Shown: positions 1 through 13,494 of the stretch, in pieces
Layout: each line of letters opens with the position of its first letter
Numbering within the stretch: position 1 is the stretch's first letter
Assembly (NCBI RefSeq): GCF_006345805.1
Contig: NC_043001.1
Location: 22,382,001-22,446,000 of the forward strand
Direction of reading: 5' to 3'
From: Octopus sinensis
Lineage: Eukaryota
DNA: 64,000 nucleotides
Notes under the pieces: model-generated
Seen by the model: the letters and a program-made list of their open reading frames with translations, nothing else
The model's database searches: none
What the model was told of the DNA's origin: nothing
Made by a program: the position numbers and the translations under genes

Positions 1-235
1 AATCGTAAAAAATAGGGATTTTCATAGAAAAAAAGCACCTTTTTGATGTAAATAATTTTTGGTGTTAACGTGGTCCGATTTGAATTTTATCTTCTAGGGA
101 ATGAAGAGCAAGCCTTCTTCTATCATACTCTCAATTTTGGTCAACTTGCGCTGCAGGGTCTCGGAGGAGATAGTGTTAGTTGAAGGCTACCAAACCTGCC
201 ATACACAGACAACTTCAGCTTTATATATAGAGAGA
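1..235 (-). mobile_element. Non-autonomous Helitron, 5' part (truncated by window edge)
   Basis: Reverse complement begins A|TCTCTCTATATATAAAGCTGAAGTTGTCTG, the same family as the complete copies at 21058, 53023 and 56408. Confidence 0.7.
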
Positions 236-731
236 TTAAAAAACGCCAGAATGAAAAAAACTTTTCATTAACGCAAGTCACAAACCAACAAACAATAGAA
301 TGTACTTGAAACTATAAACGTAATTTATAAAATCCAGTGCAAACATAAAAGTAAATTTCATGAATTAAATGGTTATATTGGGCAAACATGTGCAACACTT
401 TCCTGTTGTTTGACTATGCATTTGCAACAAAGAGCCACTGTATACACTACAATACAGTAGATGAAACAAAAATCAATAGGAAATCAGTAACTGACATCAC
501 AATAATTCTATATTAGAAGAGTGTCAGTGGAAGCTTTGCTAAAAGAAAAATATAAACCAAAAATTAACACATGTACAAAATTAACTATGAAAACTATAAG
601 ACTTAACTGCTGAATAATTTTTTAATCCACTGTTGAGTGAGAAAAATCATCAACACTCCCATGAGCCAAAGCAAAGCACAAAAAAACACATTATTCAATA
701 TCCACTTCATTCTGAGGATGGAACTGATAGA

Positions 732-1935
732 CAGGGGTTGGACAAAATAATTGAAACACCTAGCATCATAATTTTGAAATATCTATAAAACTGTCAAAAG
801 CTTGTTTATTTTTATGTTTTTTGATTGATTATTAGTGTTGCTTAATATGTTTTGCTAAAATTGCTGGTTCTTTTCAGATATCATCAGAAAAAGGTAATTA
901 AAATTCATCAAAATGACAGATCAATTGGACTTTCAAAGAGATCAAATTGATGGTGCTCGTATGGCAGGTGCTAGCATAACGAAAACAGCCGAAATGTTTG
1001 GTGTATCAAGAAGTACTGTCTCAAAAGTAATGACAGCCTTTGAGAAAGTGGGAAAAACCTCCTTGTTGAAACAAAACTCTGAAAGAAAACCAAAACTTTC
1101 AGCTAGGGACCATCAGACACTTACGTGAATTATTAGAAAGGATCACTAAAGTACAGCTCCCAAAATTACTGCAGAGTTTAATGACCACCTTGAGAACACA
1201 GTTTCCATAAATACTGTTCACCGGGAGCTGCACAAAGCTGGATTTCACGGGCGTGCTGCAATCAGAAAACCACTACTTTCAAAATCAAATGTTGCAAAGC
1301 GTTTAGAGTGGAGTAAAAACCTACAAAATTGGTCCCTAGAGCAATGGAAGAATGTTATTTTCTCAGACAAGTCATCCTTTACCTTATTTCCAACCACCAG
1401 CCGAGTATACATGTGGAGACAGCCAAAAGAAGCATTTGACCCAGACTATATTCTTCCAACTGTTAAACATGGAGGAGGATCTGTGATGATCAGGGAGGGG
1501 GCTATATATTGAAAAAATCCGTCAGGCCAATGGTTTCATTTCATGGCAGAATTAATAGTCAAGACTATTTAAGCATTTTATCTGATCAAATTCATCCTAT
1601 GGCTGTGGGACTATTTCTGAAGGGAAACGCAATCTTTCAGGATGATAATGCACTAAATTCACACAGCTAAAGTTGTTCCTGAATAGCACGAGGAACATCT
1701 TATCTGGCCACCACAGTCACCAGGTCTCAATATTATTGAACATTTATGGTGCATTTTAGAAAAATAAGTAAGGAGTCGATTTCCTCCACCATCATCACTA
1801 CAAGAACTAGAGACTGTTTGAGCTGAAGAATGGACAAAAATCCTTTTGGAAACAATTCAAACTGTGTACGAGTCCATACCTAGTAGAATTCAAGCTGTAA
1901 TTTTAAGATGTTTTCATTATTTTGTCCAACCCCTG
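732..1935 (+). mobile_element. Degenerate Tc1-family DNA transposon
   Basis: 30-bp TIRs (CAGGGGTTGGACAAAATAAT..., 27/30 match) at 732-761 and 1906-1935, with TA after the right end. Broken transposase: HTH N-terminus (ORF 913-1128), WKNVIFSDKSSF, FQDDNA, WPPQSPGLNIIEHLW. Confidence 0.92.
913..1900 (+). pseudogene. Tc1-like transposase remnant with stops and frameshifts
   Basis: DDE-region motifs readable in different frames; in-frame stop at 1126-1128. Confidence 0.88.
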
Positions 1936-2801
1936 TAGCTTTGAAATGTTAACAGATTAATGGATTTTGGAACACTAATGTTCCAAATTAAACATGAAGA
2001 ACTAATGAGGAAATATATACAAAATTCTAAATAAAAAAAAAGATAAACATGAACATAGCTGTGTCTTTAATATTAATATGTACTTATACATACACCATTC
2101 CCTAAACACACACACACACATACACCACTCCCTAAACACACACACACATATATACATACATACACAAAAACATTTATCAATTATCATCATTCTACATTTA
2201 TTTTTCCATGCTGGCATGGTTTGGACAATTTGTCACAGCTCACATTATCTTACACACACACACACAAACACACACAAAACTAGATAACACTTAAAAGTGT
2301 GAGCTGGTTGTTTTATTCTGCTAAGTGGCGCCAGATAAGTTGTCAGCAGCAAAGACTGTAGACTTCCCTCTTACTCTGCGTCTGTTCTTATTCAGGTTAC
2401 AGCCCGCCAAGAGGGCAGCCTAGGACACCAACAGTAACAGCTTGCAGAATCCACATCTGCTCATACGTTCTATTTTGGTATGTTTTCTGTTGCTGGATGA
2501 CCTTCCTATTATACTTGGGGAAGGGGAGAATTTATGTAAAATAATGTTCTGTTATAATAACACTACATATCATTGAAATGTTGTAATTACTACCTGCCAC
2601 TGCTATTTAGATAACACTTGTAAGCTATTATATCTGCATTCTTCCAATAGATGTCAGTGAAACTTTTAGTAAATTAAAGTCTCATTTAACTGGACTTTCA
2701 TCTTGTGCTATTCAGACTTCATGTCCATAAAATTTGACTGGATCCAAACTCGGAATATTTATTTCTAAACTAAATGTACAATCAATGTTTCACTTTGCCA
2801 T

Positions 2802-3186
2802 TACTCTTTTACTCATTTACTTGTTTCAGTCATTTGACTGCAGCCATGCTGGAGCACCGCCTTTAGTCGAGCAAATCGACCCCAGGACTTATTCTTTGTA
2901 AGCCTAGGACTTATTCTATCGGTCCCTTTTGCCGAACCGCTAAGTTACAGGGACGTAAACACACAAGCATCGGTTGTCAAGCGATGTTGGGGGGCAAACA
3001 CAAACACACATATATATATACATATATACAATGGGCTTCTTTCAGTTTCCGTCTACCAAATCCACTCACAAGGCTTTGGCCGGCCCGAGGCTATAGTAGA
3101 AGACACTTGCCCAAGGTGCCACGCAGTGGGACTGAACCCGGGACCATGTGGTTGGTAAGCAAGCTATTTACCACACAGCCACTCCT
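2802..3186 (-). mobile_element. tRNA-headed SINE, family A
   Basis: A/B-box-like head (GGCTGTGTGGT...GGTTCAGTCCC), conserved body, internal (TA)n, AAAAGAGT tail; many near-identical copies in the window. Confidence 0.85.
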
Positions 3187-3499
3187 TTAAATTTATTTTT
3201 CAGTAAATCAGCCATATGGAGCTGATTTCAGTGATAGTCTTACATTTGTATAGCCTCCAAAAATTACATAAACATTGGGGTTCCAATCCCCAATGTAAAG
3301 ACACAACATTCCAAACACTGTACTGTTTCCTAGTTAACAATTTCTATTCCTGAGGAGTAGAACTTCTTCTCATAGGAAACACTTAACATACCTTGAGGAA
3401 ACAATTCAAGGCAATATAATTCACGTCACACAAAATGATCAGCATTGATATGGTGGGCTGGTGAGTCTATTTATAATAGTTCTAACAAATGAAATATTG

Positions 3500-4112
3500 T
3501 TAGTCAAGACCTGTTGAGGCAAGGGAAGTCGAAGTTGAATTTGAAATTGAACCTCATCCGACGACTGGCACCATGCCAACCTCCCTTCATTGGACACTAA
3601 ACTCTGCTTGTGAAAACCTGTTGGGGCAAGTGAAATCAGAATTGAAATTGAACCAATCCTATGACTGGCACCCGGCAGTTGCCAGTGCCGCTGGACTGAC
3701 TCCTGTGCAGGTGGCAAGTAAAGAAACACCGTTTCGACCCTGTGCTTGAGGAGACCTATTGAGTCAAGTACATCAACATCAAAAATCAATGGAAATTGTA
3801 GTTGTGATCCCTGTGCCAGTGGCATGTGAAAAGCACCATCCGAACGTGGCCGATGCCAGCGCCGCCTTGACTGGCTTCCGTGCCGGTGGCACATAAAAAG
3901 CACCAACCGATCGTGGCTGTTGCCAGCCTTGCCTGGCACGTAAAAAGCACCCACTACACTTATGGAGTGGTTGGCGTTAGGAAGGGCATCCAGCTGTAGA
4001 AACTCTGCCAGATCAGATTGGAGTCTGGTGCAGCCATCTGGTTCACCAGACCTGACAAATCGTCCAATCCATGCTGGCATGGAAAGCGGACATTAAATGA
4101 TGATGATGATGA
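3500..4112 (+). mobile_element. RTE LINE 3' UTR-derived repeat (family B)
   Basis: GGTTGGCGTTAGGAAGGGCATCCAGCTGTAGAA core and (GAT)n tail; the same sequence follows the RT-coding region at 14620-15070. Further copies near 5630, 11635, 16290, 16820, 17745, 19130, 20570, 23890, 24180, 32430, 41995, 43000, 46757, 48840, 51930 and 53870. Confidence 0.8.
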
Positions 4113-6187
4113 TGAATGATGATTGAAAACCAAATCAGTAAACCTAGCATTGACAATAAGGGTTCAAATAAGGAGAAGTTCTGCTCATGAGAGGGGAAAA
4201 TGTTAACTAGTAAACAACTCAATAGATAACATGCCATGTTTCTACATCTGAAAACAGGTGCAAGAATGGCTGTGTGGTTAAAAAGCTTGCTTTGTAACCA
4301 TATGCTTTTGTGTTCAGTCCCACAGCATGGTACATTGAATTTGGTAGACAGAAATTGTGTGGAAGCCTATCATTTGTAAATGTGTGTTTGTGTTTCTCCT
4401 ACCATTGCTTGTCTACCAGTGTTGATATGTTTATGTTCCCCATAACTTAGCAGTTCAGCAAAAGACAACGATAAAATAAATACCATACTAAACCCTTCAA
4501 GGCAGTGTCCCAACATGGCTACAGTCCAATGACTGAAACAAGTAATATATAAATGATAATATATTGCGGAGGCCGTACATATGTAGAAACCCCAGTATGA
4601 CACCAGCTCAGTATGGCTGTCACTACTGAATAAAAAAGGATTAAGAATTTAAATAACCGAAAACTGAAACATATGCTGTACAACATCAGTGGCCTAGTGA
4701 ATGAGTATTACTACCCTCAGTTTAGAAATAAAGGTTCCAAGTTCAAATCAAGTCTGATACTATGTACACATTCAAGTATATGACACCTGATGATAACCAG
4801 AAATCAAAACAATGTAGATATATCGATTTCAAATTTTGGCACAAGGCCAGCAATTTCAAGGGAGAGGGTAAGTTGATTACATTGACTCCAGTGCTTAAAT
4901 AATACTTATTTTATTGACCCCATAATGATGAAAAGTAAAGTTGACTTTTGTAAAATTTGAACTCAGAATGTAAAGACAAATGAAAAGCTGCTAAGCATTT
5001 TGCCCCGTGTGCTAACGATTCTGCCAGCTTGCCGCCTTAATGTAAACATAAATATTAAGATATTTTTATCCCTAAAGACAAAGATGATAGACATAAAAAA
5101 AAAATTATAATCATATTAATTATTGTTTTTCATGAAGATGATAATGACGATCATCATCATCCTCTCACTTAATAAGTAATTAGGTGACCTAATTTTCAGT
5201 CAGGATCCTAAAACAAAGAAGAAGAAAAAACCTACTTTGCTTTCCGTTGAGCACAATGTCAAAAGATTAAAACACTTGAACCTCTATAGAGATGAGTTTA
5301 TGAATCACCAAAAGCTTTGTTGCATGAGAAAAACCACAAATTATAACATTTATTTTATAAGATGGAAAGAAGTTTTTAAAAAAAATTAAACTAAGACATG
5401 TCTCCATACCTGCATGGCTGTGTGGTTGAAGAAGTTCACTTTGCAACTACATGGTTTCAGGTTCAGTCCCACTGTGTGACGCTTGGGGCAAGTGTCTTCT
5501 AGTATAAGCCCTGGGCTGACTGATGCTCAATGAGTGAATTTGGTAGACAGAAACTGAAAGAAGCCTGCCATGTGTATATATATATATACAGGCTTGTCCT
5601 GTATGTATGTACATGATACATAAAATGTACTCATGCCAGTGTTGTGTAAATGCACCTGTGCCAGTGGCACGTAAAAGGCACCCAGCATACTCTGTAAAGT
5701 GGTTGTCATTAGGAAGGGCATCCAACCATAGAAACCATGCCACAACAGACAACTGGAGTCTGGACAGCTCTCCAGCTGGCCAAATCTTGTCAAACCATCC
5801 AACCCATACCAGTATGGAAAACGGATGCTGATGACGATGATGATTGTTGTTGTTGTTGATAGGCAACAAGAAAGGTAAGGGTGATTAGGTGATGGTCTAT
5901 AGGGCTTAGGGGCGGGAGACTCCAGACCTTGGAAGAAAAAAAAAAAACTTTGGTTGTCTTGTTGTAGTCGAGGACTCTTCGTTGATGCCCGACACCACTG
6001 GGAGGAGGCCCTCGAAGTCGCTGGAAATAGAGATCTCCAGGCCCAAAGTCTTGAATGGCTGATGATGATGATGGTGGTGATGGTGATGGTTATACATACA
6101 CACATACACATGCATGAACATGTATCCTTATGTTTGTCTTTCCCACAGTTTGACAACCGCTGTTTGTTTGTTTATATCCCTGTAATT

Positions 6188-6770
6188 TAGTGATTCAACA
6201 AAAGAGAACAATAAAATAAGTACCAGACTTAAAAATAAGTACTGGGGTTGATGTTTTCAGTTAAACCCTTCAAAGCAGTGTCCCCACCAAGGCCACAGCC
6301 CAATGACCAAAACAAATAAAAGGGAAATGATGTGCTTCCATACATTTTAAGGAAATTATTCAAAATTAATTGAGTTGTTATACTTAAATGTGGAATCCTT
6401 AAAAAAAAAAGGGAACTATTTTAATGGATTCCTTCAGTCAAACAAATAAAGGACCCTACAATGAATATTATATCCATGTTAGTGGTTCAACAAAAGAGAC
6501 CAATAAAATAAGTATCAAACTTAAAAATAAGTACTGAAGTTGATGTGTTCAGTTAAACCCTTCAAAGCAGTGCCCCACCATGGCCACAGCCCAATGACCG
6601 AAACAAATAAAAGGCAAAAGATGTGCTTCCATACATTTTAAGGAAATTATTCAAAATTAATTGGGTTGTTATACTTAAATTTGGAATCCTTAAAAAAAAA
6701 AAAGGGAACTATTTTAATGGATTCCTTCAGTCAAATAAAGGACCCTACAATGAATATTATATCCATGTTT
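6188..6770. repeat. Tandem duplication, two units of about 290 bp
   Basis: 6188-6480 and 6481-6770 are near-identical (SINE tail plus flank). Confidence 0.85.
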
Positions 6771-7384
6771 ATCCTCAAATGTCTCAAAAGACAAAGTATT
6801 TGTGAGAGACTATAACATCAAAACATGAAATTAAGATCATGGGCAGATGAACTAGCAATGGAATCATGACAAATTATGCTTGAATACTACAGTAATTATA
6901 CCAATTTAAGAGTTTACATAATCTAGATAGTTTTCCTGACATGTCTGTAGTATTATCAAAATATGTAGTAATAATTTTATATTTATTCTGTTCATATCAG
7001 ACTAGTCTTTATTTAAATATACATTCAAGGAGACGAGCATCGTGAGTTATTTTAAGTAGAACAACAATGAACTGCAGTTATTTTGTTTCAACTAATAGTC
7101 TGAAAAAGTTTTTAGAACATTAATAAATATATAAATAAACGAAGACTATACCAAGAGATGCTTAAAAGAATGTTACTTGACAGAGGCTGACATACTTATA
7201 ACTCAGAAAGGCTAATCATTTTGAATCTGTTTTGTTTTTAACAATTGCAAGTCATTTTTTATAAATTTGATGCCAAAAAAAGAAAGGTTATAAAATGTTA
7301 CCTCATACAACATTAAAATGATTTTTTTAAAAACATAATCTACTAGGGGCAAGTGTGGTAAGAAGTTTGCTTCTTACCACACAA

Positions 7385-7962
7385 GCTGGCAGAAATGTTA
7401 GCACACCAGGCGAAATGCTTCGGTATTTCGTCTGCCGCTACGTTCTGAGTTCAACTTCTGCTGAGGTCGACTTTGCTTTCATCCTTTCGGGGTCAATTAA
7501 ATAAGTACCAGGTACGCACTGGGGTCGATGTAATCGACTTAATACCTATGTCTGTCCTTGTTTGTCCCTTCTATGTATAGCCCCATGTGGGTAATAAAGA
7601 AATAGGTATTTCGCCAGCTGCTACATTCTGAGTTCAAATTCTGCCGAGGTCAACTTTGCCTTTCATCCTTTCGGGGTTGATTAATTAAGTACCAGTTACA
7701 CACTAGGGTCAATATAATCGACTTAATCTGTGTGTCTGTCCTTGTTGCCCTCTCTGTGTTTAGCCCCTTGTGGGTGGTAAAGAAATAGGTATTTCGTTTG
7801 CTGTTACGTTCTGAGTTCAAATTCCACCGAGGTCAACTTTACCTTTCATCTTTTCAGGGTCGATAAATTAAGTACCAGTTAAGCACTGGGGTCGATGTAA
7901 TCTCTTTGTCTGTCCTTGCTTGTCCCCTCTGTGTTTAGGCCCTTGTGGGCAATAAAGAAATA
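7385..7962 (+). mobile_element. SINE family C (MetaSINE-like domain) with three tandem bodies
   Basis: GCCTTTCATCCTTTCGGGGTCGATAAATTAAGTACCAG domain repeated three times. Other copies near 4840, 25660, 31720, 38975, 40900, 44316, 46425 and 50345. Confidence 0.75.
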
Positions 7963-8137
7963 AGAAGTTTGCTTCACAACTACATGGTCCCGGGTTCAGT
8001 CCCACTGCATAGCACTTTGGTTAAGTGTCTTCTATTATAGCCTCGGGCCGAACAAAGCCTTGTGAGTGGATTTGGTAGACAGGAACTGAAAGAAGCCCAT
8101 CACACCTGTCGTCATCTTTTGTTTTTTTGTAAATTCC

Positions 8138-8180
<43 letters not shown>

Positions 8181-8183
<3 letters not shown>

Positions 8184-10369
8184 TCATCATCATCATCATC
8201 ATCATTTAACGTCCGCTTTCCATGCTAGCATGGGTTGGACGGTTCAACTGGGGTCTGGGGAGCCCGAAAGCTGCACCAGTCCAGTCAGATCTGGCAGTGT
8301 TTCTACAGCTGGATGCCCTTCCTAACGCCAACCACTCCGAGAGTGTAGTGGGTGATTTTATGTGCCACCGACACAGGTGCCAGACGAGGCTGGCAAACGG
8401 CCACGCTCGGATGGTGTTTTTTATGTGCCACCGACACAGGTGCCAGACGAGGCTGGCAGACGGCCACGCTCGGATGGTGTTTTTTATGTGCCACCGACAC
8501 AGGTGCCAGACGAGGCTGGCAGACGGCCACGCTCGGATGGTGTTTTTATGTGCCACCGACACAGGTGCCAGACGAGGCTGGCAGACGGCCACGCTCGGAT
8601 GGTGTTTTTATGTGCCACCGACACAGGTGCCAGATGAGGCTGGCAAACGGCCACGATCGGATGGTGCTTGTTACGTGCCCACAGCACGGAGGCCAGTTGA
8701 TGCGGTACTGGCTACGGCCACGTTCGGATGGTTTTCTTATGTGCCACGTGCCACCGGCACTGGTACCACAAAGATACAAATTCCATTGATGTTCATCTAT
8801 TTTGATTTGTTTTGATTTTCACTTGTCTCAACAGGTCTTCACAAGTGTCACAAGAAGGAAGGTATGCACAGGTGGACTGACTACGTCCCAGGTAGGGGCC
8901 ATGGGTTATGGCCTGACTAGTCTTGCCGGGTCTTTGGATGGTGTTTTTATGTGCCACCGACACAGGTGCTAGATGAGGCTGGCGAACGGCCACGATCGGA
9001 TGGTGTTTGTCATGTGCCCACCGCACTGACTACGGCACTGATGGATTTCTTGTGTGCCACAGGCACTGGTACCACAAGATACAAATTCCATTGATGTTCA
9101 TCTATTTTGTCTATTTTGATTTGATTTGATTTGATTTTCACTTGCCTCAACCGGTCTTCACAAGTGTCACAAGAAGGAAGGTATGCACAGGTGGACTGAC
9201 TGGTCTTACCGGGTCTTCGGAAGGTGTTTTTATGTGCCACCGACACAGGTGCCAGATGAGGCTGGCGAACGGCCATGATCGGATGGTGTTTGTTACGTGC
9301 CCACAGCACGGAGGCCGGTCGATGTGGAACTGGCTACGGCCACGTTCGGATGGTTCTCTTGTGTGCCACCGGCACTGGTACCACAAAGTGTGTGTCACTG
9401 GCACTGGTACCACAAAGATACAGATTCCATTGATGTTCATCTATTTTGATTTGTTTTGATTTGATTTTCACTTGCCTCAACAGGTCTTCACAAGTGTCAC
9501 AAGAAGGAAGGTATGCACAGGTGGACTGACTACGTCCCAGGTAGGGGCCATGGATGGTGTTTTTATGTGTCTTCGGATGGTGTTTTTATGTGCCACTGAC
9601 ACAGGTGCTAGATGAGGCTGGCGAACGGCCACGATCGGATGGTGTTTGTCATGTGCCCACAGCACGGAGGCCAGTCGATGCGGTACTGGCTACGGCCACT
9701 TTCGGATGGTTTTCTCTTGTGTGCCACCGGCACTGGTACCACAAAGATACAAATTCCATTGATGTTCATCTATTTTGATTTGTTTTGATTTGATTTTGAT
9801 TTTGATTTTCACTTGCCTCAACAGGCCTTCACAAGTATCACAAGGAGGAAGGTATGCACAGGTGGACTGACTACGTCCCAGGTAGGGGCCATGGTTTATG
9901 GCCTGACTAGTCTTGCCGGGTCTTCGGAAGGTGTTTTTATGTGCCACCGACACAGGTGCTAGATGAGGCTGGCGAACGGCCACGACCGGATGGTGTTTGT
10001 TATGTGCCCACAGCACGATGGCCAGTGATGCGGTACTGACTACGGCCATGTTCGGATGGATTCTTGTGTGCCACCGGCACTGGTACCACAAGCGGTACTG
10101 ACTACTTTTTATGTGCCACCGACACAGGTGCTAGATGAGGCTGGCGAACGGCCACGACCGGATGGTGTTTGTTATGTGCCCACAGCACGATGGCGAGTGA
10201 TGCGGTACTGACTACGGCCACGTTCGGATGGATTCTTGTGTGCCACCGGCACTGGTACCACAAGCGGTACTGACTACGGCCACGTTCGGATGGATTCTTG
10301 TGTGCCACCGGCACTGGTACCACAAGCGGTACTGACTACGGCCACGTTCAGATGGATTCTTGTGTGCCA

Positions 10370-10370
<1 letters not shown>
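8181..10370 (-). repeat. Minisatellite / higher-order array grown from an RTE 3' UTR copy
   Basis: Five 62-63-bp units (ATGTGCCACCGACACAGG...) starting at 8360, 8423, 8486, 8548 and 8610, then composite units of about 280-360 bp; the (ATC)n tail and UTR core lie at the left end. Confidence 0.85.
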
Positions 10371-10405
<35 letters not shown>

Positions 10406-11536
10406 TGTGTGTGTCTGTGTTTGTTTCCCCACCATTGCTTGACAACAGATGTTGGTATGTTTACATCCCCATAACTTAGCAGTTCAGCAAAAGAGGCTTA
10501 CAAAGAATAAGTCTTGTGGTCAATTTCTTCAACTAAAAAGCCCTTTAAGGTGATGCTCCAATATGGCCACAGTCAAATGACTGAAACAAATAAAAGAATA
10601 ATACTGAAAGTGAAACATTTTGCCTCAACAACGTCAAATCTCAGTTTGTATTGGTATGGAATATAGGATGTACAAAATCACACTACTGATTAAAATGTTT
10701 GAATCCGATCAGTAATATTAGCTTCAAATTTTGGCACTAGGCCAGAAATTTCAGAGGAGGGGGCTAGTTGACTACATTGACTCTCTTAAGGTACTTACAC
10801 TCTGTCAAGTATGCACACTGACATCTATATATATATATACATATGGGCAGATGTATACATATTCTCTTTTATTCTTTTACTTGTTTCAGTCATGTGACTG
10901 TGGCCATGCTGGAGCATCGCCTTTTAGTCGAACAAATCGACCCCAGGACTTATTCTTTGGAAGCCTAGTACTTAATCTATCGGTCTCTTTTGCCGAACCA
11001 CTAAGTTACGGGGACGTAAACACACCACCATCGGTTGTCAAGCAATGTTGGGGGTACAATCTGTTTGTTGTTTTAAGAAATATGAACAACCACAGTATAG
11101 AAAAACTTAGGAGAAACCTTGTAATATTTTTCAGAGACTTAGGTCCCTGTAAACTTTCTAAATATCACATTAAATTTAGGCACTAGCAAATTTTCGCATC
11201 CATAAAAAAACTCTATTTGCCTAATATTCTCCATTTTACAGTTCCCAGTATTAGTAAACATTTCCTCTTTATCTTAGAATGACACATGATTTAAAAGTGC
11301 TCCACATCATTACAATGAAGCACTTAACAATAGATTTTTCAAAAATAGCAAAGTGTAGAGATGAACCACTTACTGCTAAGGGTAAAAACATAACTGGAAA
11401 ATTTTACAGTATAACGCAATTTTCAGTTAGGATGTCCAAACCAATATAAGCAAGAATTTCCTAGAATTGATCTCGCTTCACTTTTCAAAACCTCATAGAT
11501 ACTACAAGATTTTACAAACTTTGTGCCGTGCAGTCC

Positions 11537-12295
11537 TACCCTCAACACATGATGGGGATAAACAGAATGGATAAGCAGGTGACGTATTACATGGTGCTGC
11601 ACAAATGTACCAAGTGGAGGAAGAAAGTTTCTTTCACCCGGAAGCCAGTCCCGTGCCACCGACACGGGACTGGCTTCCGTGTCGGTGGCACGTAAAAAGC
11701 ACCATCCGAATCGTGGCCGAAGCCAGTGCCGCCTCGACTGGCTTCCGTGCAGGTGGCACATAAAATGCACCAATCCGACCGTGGCCAATGCCAGCCTCGG
11801 AGTGGTTGGCGTTAGGAAGGGCATCCAGCTGTAGAAACATTGCCAGATAAGACCGGAGCCTGGTGCAGCCTTCTGGCTTCCCAGATCCCCGGTCGAACCG
11901 TCCAACCCATGATAGCATGGAGAACGGATGTTAAATGATGATGATGATGATGATGATGATGATGTTTCTGCAATGCCCTTGTCATTTGGGAAGTCAAGTC
12001 AGCTTGCTGGGTCAGCAACGAAAAGTTCAGGTTGAAAATTGTACATTCTCTACTGGAAGGCTACCTGTCAGGTGTGTCTCATATGAGACATAGCAGGACA
12101 GAAACTCTTCCCCACCAGAAAGGTTGTTGTTAACAGAACACCACCTTATTATTTAACCCCAAGCACCTGAAATCTGTATGCCTTCTTGCTGTTTGTTTGA
12201 ACAAAGAGAAGTGTTACCAGATCCAGTTCATGTGCAGAAAGTGTGATGTAACACTCTGCCCATACCTCTGCTTTCAGAGGTACCACAATTTGATA
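11537..12295 (+). pseudogene. piggyBac-like transposase C-terminal remnant interrupted by an RTE-UTR copy (about 11635-11965)
   Basis: Translates to YPQHMMGINRMDKQVTYYMVLHKCTKWRKKVSF ... FCNALVIW...KFRLKIVHSLLEGY ... FMCRKCDVTLCPYLCFQRYH, matching the piggyBac YNxxMGGVD motif and Cys-rich domain. Confidence 0.75.
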
Positions 12296-12300
12296 GGTGA

Positions 12301-12510
12301 CTGACAGGTGACGGTCGTTTAGAAAAAGCGTGGGCTAAAACTACGCACCTTCACTAGTCAGTTAAGGTGAGACAGTGTTACATGACAACTTGCTGGGCTG
12401 CCTGCTGACAGGTGACGGTTGTTTAGAAAAAGTGCAGGCTAAAACTACGCGCCGTCACTAGTCAGTTAAGGTGAGACAGTGTCACGTGACAACTTGCTGG
12501 GGCTGCCTGC
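12301..12510. repeat. Two tandem 104-bp direct repeats
   Basis: Units start with CTGACAGGTGACGG at 12301 and 12405. Confidence 0.9.
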
Positions 12511-13494
12511 TGGAGCCTATGCGGCAGGTATTTAAAGAGAAAAATTTGACAAGACAGTCAGTCACCAGCTGACACTCGCTGACGATACATCAAAGAGGCC
12601 AGGGAACAGAAGAAAGAAGACACGCACCCAACACCAGAAGCTGAAGACACCTCCGAAAGGCGGGGGGGCACGTCAAAACGGTAGAGGAGTAGGGGCCAAA
12701 ACCGGACATGGTTCCTCCTGATGATGTCTTGAGCTAACTGGATCCTATAAAGGAGCTGTTGTGGTAGCAGACCACGAAACACGGTTGAATTTCCCCAAAG
12801 TAGATTGTACCCCAGAACTCCAAAGACAGTGATCAAGGTATGATAAAAGTTTATCAATACACTTATGTTTTTCGTTTTTGTTCTGTTTTGTTTTTTCAAT
12901 ATCAAAACATGCATGCAGAACTAAACTATTAGGTAGGGGAGGGGGCTCCAAAAGGAGTCTCAGGGAGTAACATCCCTGCCTTCCTGAACTAGATTTCCAC
13001 CACATTTCTTAAAAATCATGTAGAGGTCTTGGTCTCAGGACCACTCATGTCTAGAAACTGAGGTTGGGGGTAAGGAAGAGCATGCTCCCCATAGAAAAGC
13101 CAGCTCCAAAAAAGCCTCATGATAGCAAAGTAGAATGGGCACCAGCCAGCCCAAAGGTTGGGGTGGGCTGCATATGCCTACCTTGATTGCTATGGTATTG
13201 AGATAGATCTGGCCACCCCTGATAATGGGGACAAAACCCAGATTTAAAATACTGGATAATGATGTTGTTCCTTTATTAGTATACAAAAAAAAATCAAGTT
13301 TGTAAACTCAATACAATGAAAGTTATAACGATTTTAAAACAGTGGGTGCTCATGTTTTTTGTACCCTTAAAAATAATGCAGTAGCAGGGGAAACGATTCT
13401 AGGGACAAATCAGTGTTAAAATTCAAGCTGAAGCTGTGCAAGATTGTTATTTTATATATTTTAGACTTAATGCACAAGTAAATTTTAAAGATTG

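Noticed and set aside
3439-4080. 213-aa minus-strand ORF and similar MPAW/MLAW ORFs
   Set aside because: Antisense reading of the RTE 3' UTR repeat.
8206-10445. Overlapping repetitive ORFs (CHRHRCQ..., VPPTQVP...)
   Set aside because: Products of the tandem array, open in many frames on both strands. The array is also not CRISPR: the units are contiguous with no unique spacers.
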